Origin: Ruminococcus albus 7 = DSM 20455
GTDB taxonomy: Bacteria; Bacillota; Clostridia; Oscillospirales; Ruminococcaceae
Reading direction: 5' to 3'
Length of the DNA stretch: 32,000 bases
Assembly (NCBI RefSeq): GCF_000179635.2
Contig: NC_014825.1
Coordinates: 90,001-122,000, forward strand
This document shows, in pieces, positions 9,163 to 16,330 of this stretch. A program made the translations under genes and the position numbers. Under the pieces are notes generated by a model that saw only the letters and a list, made by a program, of their open reading frames with translations, did not search any database and had not been told where the DNA came from. The first letter of the stretch is position 1. The number at the start of each line of letters is the position of its first letter.

Positions 9163-10287
9163 TTAAAGCTTAGTAAAGTTCATGCTTATTACCCAGTCCT
9201 GACCTGCATTGGCGTTCCAACACTCAGGATCTTCACCTTCAAGCCACAGACGAACAATGTATTTCTTCATCTGTCCATAAGAGGTTCCATCTGTACTTGC
9301 TGGGAGAGTAGCTATAACTGCTCCGTCAGTATACTTATCACTAGAAGCTACAGTTGTATATATTGTATCAGTCCCAAGTGTTCCAGCGCTGCTTACAGCA
9401 CCATCAGTAACAGCCGAACCTGCGGCGGTGTTCTTTTTATCGCCATACCAATCGAGTACAGATTTAGTCGTTAATGCATATGGATTCGCAACAGTCTGGC
9501 TATTTGTTGCATCCCAAGCATCCTGTAAATCGATAAGCTTTGTTAATCCTGCTGAAGCAGCATCAACATCATCGCCGCTTGCTCCGCTAGGAAGAATAGC
9601 AATTCGTGTTGCCTTGTAAAGCTCATCAGTAGCGCCTGTAGCCTGTGCAGTTTCACTATTAGGTATTACATAAGCATCTACCTTTAATGTAGCACCACTA
9701 GTAGATGATGTTCTGAGCCAAATCGGAATATCTACATAGTATCCATCATCCTGAGTTACATTATAAGCAGTAGAAGGTGTCGCTGTCCATGTATCAGATG
9801 CTACATTTGCGTGTAATTTGGCAGCAAGAGAAGCTCCTGTACCTGAATCAACGGTTGAATCAGCCAAGGCAGTTAACCCATTTGTAGCTGCATGGTACTC
9901 TGCTGTTCCCTTAACTGTTTTACCAACACCATCAGCATCAGGAGTGAAGTAGATATTTGAGCCATTCGTTGATGAAGCGGGAATTAATCTACCAAACTTA
10001 TAGTATGTTCCTATTTCAACGGAGTTAGACCAGTCAAGCATAGAGGTCTGATCATTTCCAGCAGCAGGTGCCTGTACTGCACCATCATCAGCTTTTGCAC
10101 CTTCTGTAGAGGAAGAAGGAGTGAGCGTTCCTGCATTAGCTGAAAGACCAGATTTTCCAGTCGCATTAACTGTTACACCAGAAAGATGTCCAAGAGAAAT
10201 CTGAATATCTTCAGGAACAGTTGCAGTCATCTTAATACCAGTAACTTCAACCTCACGGCTCATAGTGAACCATGCGTACATAGACAA
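9163..10287 (-). pseudogene. Secreted protein with a SipW-type (TasA/camelysin-class) signal-peptide motif, 5'-truncated
   Basis: The reading frame opens with ..SMYAWFTMSREVEVTG. That is the conserved end of SipW-dependent signal peptides, but the basic and hydrophobic parts are missing. The frame upstream reads *GLRRLVNCFV through repeat-element sequence. The only start is a TTG at 10287, exactly at the element boundary. The rest is Thr/Ser/Ala-rich and ends in ..YIVRLWLEGEDPECWNANAGQDW.. Confidence 0.6.
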
Positions 10288-10930
10288 TACAAAACAGTTG
10301 ACGAGCCTTCTAAGCCCCTATTATCAATGCTTTCCGAGCTTGAAAATGTCATTTTTCAAAACTCGATTTTCATGGTTGACATGGACTATTTTTTGCGTTT
10401 TTGAGGGTATTTCAACATAAAAGTTGACGCAAATCATCGGTCTGTATTACTCGTATTATATCACCATATAAGAATGCTGTTTTTTGAATATAAAAATATT
10501 AAACTTGATTTTTGGTAAGTACAAGGAGAATGGCAGTCCTATAAAATGTACAATTCAGCAATTAACATATTTTGTAATTTATCAAAAATCTATGATTTTT
10601 GTTGTAATCTTTTTTGTAAGGAGGTCGTCAACTGTTTTGTAAGGAGTTGGTCAACCGTTTTGTAAGCAGTCAATCAACCGTTTTGCACACACCATATTTT
10701 ACCTGTTGAATAGTGCTTGATATGGCACTTAATCAGTAGCTTAGACAAGATGTTCGCACCATGTTTCGATACACTGTTAAGTGATACTTTTGTCAACTTT
10801 TTCGTATGGAGTGAACTGTTTTATCTCATATAAACAGATGTGTTTTGGCTATACAAAAATATGGAACCGACATTTTGAGCTGTTTTTTCTGTCATCTGTT
10901 TTGTAAGGGGTTGGTCAATCGTTTTGTTCA
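10288..10930. mobile_element. Non-coding, repeat-bounded (MITE-like) element flanked by an 11-bp direct repeat
   Basis: TACATAGACAA occurs at 10277-10287 and again at 10931-10941. The inner termini are inverted: TACAAAACAGTTGAC (10288-10302) versus GTCAATCGTTTTGTTCA (10914-10930). The left part holds 3 dispersed GTTGAC-type sites (10288-10302, 10364-10380, 10413-10428). The right part holds tandem sites. It contains no ORF of useful length. Confidence 0.4.
10616..10684 (+). repeat. Three phased 23-bp tandem repeats (transposon-end-like binding-site array)
   Basis: GTAAGGAGGTCGTCAACTGTTTT (10616-10638), GTAAGGAGTTGGTCAACCGTTTT (10639-10661) and GTAAGCAGTCAATCAACCGTTTT (10662-10684), followed by GCACACA. 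Related units lie at 10791-10822, 10891-10930 and 15507-15555. Confidence 0.85.
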
Positions 10931-10964
10931 TACATAGACAAACACCCTTTTGCACAGCACTATA

Positions 10965-11960
10965 TTATTCTTTACAATCTGAATTATCTGAAAACAACTC
11001 ACCTATCTTATTCATAGCCTTCATGATTTTACTTTTTTCGATCTCATGCAGGTACACGGGATTTAGTCTTTTCTTTGAATAGCTAAGATAAGAATCTTTG
11101 GTTTCATCAATAAGCAAAGCAGTAAAATACTGTTCCCAGCTGAAATGCTTTTCACTCAGAATATGGTTCTCAGAATTTTCAAGAATTTCTTGAATGCGAG
11201 TTCCGTCGATCAACCCCGACTTCAAAATCAGCCACTCAAACGACTCGGGAAGATACAGAATAACATTGTCGGAATCCTGTATCAGCTTCATAACCCTGTC
11301 GATTTCCGAACCAAAAGCAGCCCCATCTGCAATGACAAGACACGTTTCCGAAGGATCATGTTCAAGAAGTTTTTTGAACACACCCGAGTTACCCTCGGCA
11401 CTAATAACAGCCGGCTTACCGTCAACCGCAAGTGCCGAAAAGAATTCATAGCCGGAATTTGTGTCCTCAACAAGCACTTTATCAATTTTGGCTTTTTCTA
11501 TCTCGCTGCCCCAGTGATATATTCGGTAAAACTCATTATAGACCTGTTTTAAGCCTGCATATTTGCCTGATTCTCTTATGCCGTAGATCTCATTCACGCT
11601 GTAAGGAAGATACGCAAGCCCCTCTCTTGTGACGATCACATAATAATTTGAACTGTGGCGTATCGCTTCAGCAAATTCAAGCGTTCTCAGAAAATCGTTA
11701 TCCTCGTCAATAAAAACGATACTGTTCTCTATCGAGGGCAGAATGTACTTCCAGTCACGCCCCGAAAGAGTTCTGCACGGCACACTCGATTCAAGCCGGA
11801 TACCGCTTAACTCTCCGTCTTCATAGTATTCCCGTATCATCTCAACAAGCGTGGTCTTGCCCGTTGCGCTGTTGCCTTTGAGAATAGTGATGTTTCTGCA
11901 AATCGTGAACTCATATCAGAGTCTGCTGTTGCCGACTCTGATAGTATAACTGCCCTTCAT
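10965..11960 (-). pseudogene. P-loop ATPase fused to a Toprim/DUF4435-like C-terminal domain; in-frame TGA at codon 15
   Basis: ATG at 11960 has a GAGGTGAG RBS. The frame reads MKGSYTIRVGNSRL-TGA(11918..11916)-YEFTICRNITILKGNSATGKTTLVEMIREYY.. and continues into the 291-aa track ORF. Walker A GNSATGKTT and Walker B SIVFIDEDN are present. The C-terminal half carries VEDTNSGYEFF, ISAEGNSGV and VIADGAAFG, resembling Toprim-like acidic/Gly motifs. Confidence 0.7.
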
Positions 11961-11964
11961 GCTC

Positions 11965-12170
11965 TCACCTCACGATCATTCCAGCAATCGGAATAAGCTC
12001 CTTCATGCTGTGAACCACCTGATCTGTATTCTGAATGTGAATATCAAAGCTGACCTCGCCAAAATCCATGATATGACGCAGATTGACCGTTATATCCTTT
12101 TTCTTGCCTATCTCCAGAAGCCACTCGGCGCAGTTATCACCGCACGCAGATGCATTAAAGATCTTGTCGG
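11965..12170 (-). pseudogene. 3' part of a roughly 146-aa gene encoding a small protein with an LSGG motif (DUF4869-like), split by IS21
   Basis: It encodes ..DKIFNASACGDNCAEWLLEIGKKKDITVNLRHIMDFGEVSFDIHIQNTDQVVHSMKELIPIAGMIVR*. Removing the IS and one GTCGG copy puts it in frame with 15129-15368. The stop at 11965-11967 lies 4 nt before the ATPase gene start. Confidence 0.7.
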
Positions 12171-12315
12171 TGATTATTTCGCCCCTTGGAACGCACCAAT
12201 CCGCAACAAGGAAAACGGTAATCCGAAACAAGGAACGCACCAATCCTAAACGAGGAACGCATCAATCCGCAGCAAGGAACGCACTTCCCGATGAGGTCAT
12301 ATCTGAATAAATGTT

Positions 12316-12385
12316 TTCACTGCTTCCGCTGGAATGGAGTGGGAACCACGAAGTGGTTCTGCGGAATGGAGGCGGAAGCAGTGAA
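12316..12385 (-). terminator. Long perfect hairpin inside the IS21 end, downstream of the IS operon
   Basis: TTCACTGCTTCCGC (12316-12329) pairs perfectly with GCGGAAGCAGTGAA (12372-12385), 14 bp. The loop holds a nested hairpin, GGAACCAC/GTGGTTC (12342-12359), flanked by two GGAATGGAG direct repeats. A terminator role is an inference. Confidence 0.4.
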
Positions 12386-12468
12386 CACGGCGGCGCGTCT
12401 CGCCGGTTCTCTCCGCAGTGAGCTCATCTGAAACTATCAGACAGGCTCATGCCAAATGCGAACGCTGC

Positions 12469-12663
12469 TCACATTTCAGGATAATCAATGTTATTTTTGT
12501 CCAAGATGGATCTGAGCTCGTCAATGTACGCATACAGCCTCTGAATCTCGATCCAGTTGCCGTGACAAAGGCGGTCAGCCTCTTCCAGTTCGTGGCGGGT
12601 CAGCTCATAATCCTCCCATTTCAGGCATTTGTGATCCTTGCTGAAAGCGCAATAATCTTCCAT
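12469..12663 (-). CDS. Hypothetical 64-aa Cys/His-containing protein, third ORF of the IS21 element
   Basis: Its ATG (12663..12661) shares its A with the istB stop (TAATG overlap). The product is MEDYCAFSKDHKCLKWEDYELTRHELEEADRLCHGNWIEIQRLYAYIDELRSILDKNNIDYPEM. I recognise no family. Confidence 0.4.
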   Translation of the reverse strand: MEDYCAFSKDHKCLKWEDYELTRHELEEADRLCHGNWIEIQRLYAYIDELRSILDKNNIDYPEM

Positions 12664-13409
12664 TATGACTCTGCCCCCTTTGCCTGCAATTCACGCATAT
12701 TGATGTCACCGGAGTACACCCACGCAGCAGTATGTACGATCCTGTCCATGATTGCATCAGCGTGGATACCGCCGCCAAGTCGGCTGTGCCAGTCCTCGCG
12801 CTTGTACTGCGTACAGAAGATCGTGGAGGTGCAGTCATATCGGCGTTCAATCAGCTCGAAGATGAAATGCTGTTCGCTCTCCGTCATATCATTCAGCAGC
12901 CATTCGTCAAGGATCAGCAGCCGGTATCCGCTGAACTTTTTGAGGAGCTTGGCTCTGCCGTGTACATCAAGCGATGCCTCACTAAGTAGCTGCATCAGAT
13001 CGGGAACACGGATATATCTTGTGCGGTATCCCTGCATACAAGCCTGTCTGCCAATGGCACACGCTAGGTAACTCTTGCCGGAACCAGTGAACCCATTGAA
13101 TACGACCGGCTGGTTCTTTTCGATGGAACCGCAGCTTCCGAGTGTTAGGATCAGATCCTTGTCCAATCCGCGCTTTTCATAATACACATTCACAAGCGCC
13201 GCATCTGCAATACGGAACTTGGCTGCACTGATCAGGCGGTGAACCTTGGCATTGTACTTGGCTGAATAGGTGTAATCGACAGCAAGATTCATGCGGTCAT
13301 CAAATGAAAGCGCCATATATTCCGGCTGCTTCTCCTGAAGATCAAGAGCTTCGACCAACTCGCCGAAGTTCATCTCACGCAGCTTGCGTCTCGTCTCTTC
13401 ACTCAGCAT
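12663..13409 (-). CDS. istB: IS21-family transposition helper ATPase IstB
   Basis: The start is taken at ATG 13409 (MLSEETRRKL..) with a GGAGGTGA RBS, overlapping the istA end. Walker A GFTGSGKSYLA and Walker B LLILDEW. The longer track ORF start (13559) lies inside istA. Confidence 0.9.
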   Translation of the reverse strand: MLSEETRRKLREMNFGELVEALDLQEKQPEYMALSFDDRMNLAVDYTYSAKYNAKVHRLISAAKFRIADAALVNVYYEKRGLDKDLILTLGSCGSIEKNQPVVFNGFTGSGKSYLACAIGRQACMQGYRTRYIRVPDLMQLLSEASLDVHGRAKLLKKFSGYRLLILDEWLLNDMTESEQHFIFELIERRYDCTSTIFCTQYKREDWHSRLGGGIHADAIMDRIVHTAAWVYSGDINMRELQAKGAES

Positions 13410-14958
13410 GATCGTCACCTCCGTAATAGGCAGCACCGCGCACAAATCCGGCGGGCGACGATTCGTTCTCCTGTTTCTTGCTCTCCTTGTATTCCATATC
13501 CTGACCGGCGGCAAGGATCGCTCTGAGATGCGAATAGCGAGGCACGCTGACGTGTTCAAGTGCCAGCTCGCAAGCCGTTTCCAAACGCTCGGAGGAGTAT
13601 TTCTTGCTCAGCTTCAGCACGGACATTGCGGGATTGATGCCCTGTTCTGACGTGCGGTAGCTCTTGAAAATACGGTCAATGACTGCCAGTGTCAGCTTGC
13701 CGATGGATGCTGCCCACTGCCGGATCGTAAGCTCGTTCCATTCTGTTTTCTGGAAACGTTCGGGAATATCTTCGGGATAGGTGTCGTACCTGTTGCGGAC
13801 ATAACTCGGGAAACGCTTGTGGGAGGAGATACGTTCATGTCCGCAGTAGATCTCGATCATGCTGTCAGTGATCTTCAAGTCAACCGTCTTGCCGACAAAA
13901 CGATACGGCACGGAATACTTGCAGGTCTGGTAGGTCACATGAAAATCTGCACCGATGACACGCCCGTATTCCCAAACAGCATACTCATATGGAAAGGCAG
14001 GCAGCGGACGAAGCGTAATGCGTTCATTTGCTTCAAACACCTCACGGCGGCTGCCCTCACGCTTCTGGAAAGGCTTGTTGTTGAAATCCTCAAGCGCGGC
14101 AGCAACATCTGTCTTCAGATCATGGATAGAGGTATACTCGTTGTTGCGCAGACGAGCGATGATGGCGGTAGCGATCTTTCCGACAGTACCCTCAACAGAT
14201 GCCTTCTGCTTCGGCTTTTTCACGCCTGCGGGCATGATTGCCGTGCAGTAGTGATTGGAAAAATCTTCATAGCACTGGTTCAGAACGATGTCGCCCTCAT
14301 GGGGGTGTGTGATCACACCGGTCTTGAGATTGTCGCAAACAATACGCAGCGTCACGCCGCCGAAATACTCAAACATATGGATATTGCAATTGATCCATGT
14401 CTGCTCATTCATGTTCAGGCAGGGTTCTACATACGCAAGCTGGCTGTACGGAAGCGCTGCGACAAAGAGATAGACCGGATGTGTCTTACCCTCTTCGGGA
14501 TCGTTCAGCCTCATCGTTTTGCCGCTCCAGTCCACCTCACACACAACACCAGGCTTGTGCGTGAGGTGGTTCGTGAGATTGTTCTGCTCGACATACTTGG
14601 CGTAATCGTCACAGAATTTCGTGTAGCCGACAGGAACGCCGTCCTTTGCACTGTCTTTGTACTCGTGCCAAAGCAGCTTGAGCGTGACTCCCGTCTTTTT
14701 CAGCTCACCATGAACATACTCATAGTTGACAGGGGCGTATACCGTCTCCTTGCGAAACTTGTCCGGGAAGAAGAGCAGATAGACCTCATCGTCACTCTTG
14801 TCTGCAACATCAGCGTAGCTGACACCGAGAGCATCTGCTCTCTTCCATACTGCTGCCACAGACTTGGTTGAAATATGCCTAGATGCTGCGATAGCTCTCT
14901 GCGACATATTTGCCTGCCGAAGCTCAAGAACGAGCTTCACATTGATCTTGTCCGCCAT
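13399..14958 (-). CDS. istA: IS21-family DDE transposase IstA
   Basis: The start is taken at ATG 14958 (MADKINVKL..) with an AAGGAGG RBS 7 nt upstream. N-terminal HTH (MSQRAIAASRHISTKSV). Catalytic-core motifs include VCEVDWSG and RIVCDNLKTGV. Size and istA-istB overlap are typical of the family. Confidence 0.9.
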   Translation of the reverse strand: MADKINVKLVLELRQANMSQRAIAASRHISTKSVAAVWKRADALGVSYADVADKSDDEVYLLFFPDKFRKETVYAPVNYEYVHGELKKTGVTLKLLWHEYKDSAKDGVPVGYTKFCDDYAKYVEQNNLTNHLTHKPGVVCEVDWSGKTMRLNDPEEGKTHPVYLFVAALPYSQLAYVEPCLNMNEQTWINCNIHMFEYFGGVTLRIVCDNLKTGVITHPHEGDIVLNQCYEDFSNHYCTAIMPAGVKKPKQKASVEGTVGKIATAIIARLRNNEYTSIHDLKTDVAAALEDFNNKPFQKREGSRREVFEANERITLRPLPAFPYEYAVWEYGRVIGADFHVTYQTCKYSVPYRFVGKTVDLKITDSMIEIYCGHERISSHKRFPSYVRNRYDTYPEDIPERFQKTEWNELTIRQWAASIGKLTLAVIDRIFKSYRTSEQGINPAMSVLKLSKKYSSERLETACELALEHVSVPRYSHLRAILAAGQDMEYKESKKQENESSPAGFVRGAAYYGGDDHAE

Positions 14959-15125
14959 ATTTATGGCCTCCTTCATGTATATTCGAGGCATAGCCTCTAC
15001 CTATATTATACACGAAGTGCGTTCCTTGCGCGAATTACTGCGTTCCTTGTGCGGTTTGGCGTTTTCCTTGCCGTGGATCGATGTTTTCCTTCCGGCGGAT
15101 TGATGTTTTCCGGAGCGCGGAATAA

Positions 15126-15368
15126 TCAGTCGGGGCAATTGTTGATAAGAATGAGCGTTTTCACGCCGCCCGAAAGCTCTTTTGGAGTGATCGCACCAAG
15201 AACAGGACTGTCGATCACCCGTTCACTTATGACGGTTGAACGGTCAACAGCCTGAATCATTTTACGGGATAATTCATCTGTTATCCATTCGTCTTCATAT
15301 GTGTTTTTGAAGTACACCGCAGGGTTTGTGACTACACCTGCGTGATCGCCAAATATAATGTTCAGCAT
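15126..15368 (-). pseudogene. 5' part of the small LSGG-motif (DUF4869-like) gene, ended by a stop codon created by the IS21 end
   Basis: MLNIIFGDHAGVVTNPAVYFKNTYEDEWITDELSRKMIQAVDRSTVISERVIDSPVLGAITPKELSGGVKTLILINNCPD, then a TGA that lies within the IS21 terminus (15126-15128). Confidence 0.7.
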
Positions 15369-15506
15369 TTGTTTTTTGCCCTTTCATTTAGGTTACTGAT
15401 TGATTTTCGATGTGTTTACTGCTGCTTTTTTATTAAGCCATTAAATATTCCTTATCTTTGACATTGTTGTAAATATATTAAACCGTCCAAAATACACGTT
15501 TTTCGC

Positions 15507-15555
15507 GGTCAACTTTTTTGTAAGGAGTTTGTCAACTGTTTTGTTTGTTTGCACA
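15507..15555 (+). repeat. Orphan repeat-array end of the same family as 10616-10684
   Basis: GGTCAACTTTTTT, GTAAGGAGTTTGTCAACTGTTTT (15520-15542) and GTTTGTTTGCACA. GTCAACTGTTTTGT (15531-15544) is the exact reverse complement of 10289-10302. Confidence 0.7.
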
Positions 15556-15716
15556 TAGCGTAAGCTTCATTGTTCCTCTCTTACTATTATACACTAAAAC
15601 TGGCTTGATTGCAAGAGGGGCAAAGCTGTTTTCAAAAAAGAAGTGAGCCTCGGGAATGGGGATTCCTTTGGCTCACTTAAGTGGGAGTCTTTAATGGTCG
15701 CTTTGTGTTTTGAATA

Positions 15717-16067
15717 ATGATTTTCCTAACAGGAAAGTGGGAGGACACCGACCGCCTGTTCACCACATGGGACGGTAAGCCGATGCACGTCACTTCGCCC
15801 GCGGATTATTTCAAGGAGTTCTGCAAAAAGAACGATCTAAGATATTGCAGCCCTCACAGCTGGAGGCACTTACACGCTACAATAATGATCGAGAGCGGTA
15901 TCGACGTTAAAACTGTTCAGGCGTGCTTAGGACATTCAGCGGCCACGACAACTTTATCCTGCTACTTGCATACATTCCAGTCGGCGCAGGCAGCCGCTAT
16001 GGACGCGGTAGGTGTTGCGATACGAAACTTCACCAAGCCGCAGCAGGATACGGCAGGCGGTCTATGA
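15717..16067 (+). pseudogene. C-terminal remnant of a tyrosine (phage-type) integrase
   Basis: Only about 116 codons, preceded by an in-frame TGA at 15711-15713. It contains the C-terminal catalytic region HSWRHLHAT (HxxR), LGHS and the terminal Tyr region TTLSCYLH. The N-terminal SAM-like domain and first catalytic Arg region are absent. Confidence 0.75.
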
Positions 16068-16141
16068 TTTATTGGTCTTTACTATTCCGAAAAAATGAAG
16101 ACCAAATAAAGACCGAGAGTAAAGACCAAGTAAAAGCAAAA

Positions 16142-16174
16142 GCTCTGAAACAACGTATCTACGTCATTTCAGAG
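16142..16174 (-). terminator. Hairpin terminator downstream of the tRNA-Asn fragment
   Basis: GCTCTGAAA pairs with TTTCAGAGC (9 bp, 15-nt loop) and is followed on the minus strand by TTTTGCTTTT. Confidence 0.5.
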
Positions 16175-16186
16175 CCCTGGATTTTA

Positions 16187-16240
16187 CTCCCCCTGTTGGA
16201 CTCGAACCAACGACCCTGCGGTTAACAGCCGCATGCTCTA
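16187..16240 (-). tRNA. tRNA-Asn (anticodon GTT) 3' fragment; the 5' roughly 20 nt are missing
   Basis: The reverse complement reads TAGAGC-A-TGCGG-CTGTTAA-CCGCA-GGGTC-GTTGG-TTCGAGT-CCAAC-AGGGGGA-G. That is the D-stem 3' half, anticodon arm, variable loop, T arm with TTCGAGT, and the acceptor 3' strand. No matching TCCCCCT acceptor 5' strand or D-loop follows. Similarity stops at 16240/16241. Confidence 0.75.
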
Positions 16241-16330
16241 GCTCTTTTGATTATTCATAACGCAAATTCACAGCTTTTTAATAGACCTGCCTTTCGGTCA
16301 AGTCTATGCGAAAAATATCAAAATATTAAA

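Larger units (their letters stand above)
12171..15128 (-). mobile_element. Complete IS21-family insertion sequence (istA, istB and a small third ORF)
   Basis: Termini are TGATTATT... and ...AATAATCA, with imperfect inverted repeats of about 33 bp. Five phased 22-bp repeats lie at each end (GGAACGCA-type units starting at 12188, 12210, 12232, 12254 and 12276, mirrored at 15019-15111). A 5-bp direct repeat GTCGG lies at 12166-12170 and 15129-15133. Confidence 0.85.

Noticed and set aside
10616-10684. Possible CRISPR array
   Set aside because: The 23-bp units are directly adjacent with no spacers, there are only three of them, and related units occur in inverted orientation at element ends. This is a binding-site array, not a CRISPR.
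11916-11918. TGA recoding (alternative genetic code or selenocysteine)
   Set aside because: Several supported genes in the window terminate at TGA in sensible positions, including the small LSGG-motif gene (11965-11967) and the GNAT, esterase and nitroreductase genes. No SECIS-like hairpin follows this codon. A simple nonsense mutation is more parsimonious.
13819-14871. 350-aa ORF on the plus strand
   Set aside because: It is antisense to istA, with a low-complexity Leu/Arg/Val-rich translation and no RBS. The minus-strand IstA reading is strongly supported by its motifs.
10285-15570. Idea that excising everything between the two outer repeat ends rejoins the stranded start (ATG 15570, MKLTLC) to the YAWFT gene
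   Set aside because: Joining at the shared hexamer gives MKLTLCTHGSL followed by a stop. That is out of frame with YAWFT, and the join would in any case lack a hydrophobic signal segment.
16248-16256. TGATTATTC at the tRNA breakpoint, matching the first 9 nt of the IS21 terminus
   Set aside because: The match ends after 9 nt and none of the 22-bp IS21 repeats follow. A chance occurrence of a 9-mer in 32 kb on two strands is plausible.
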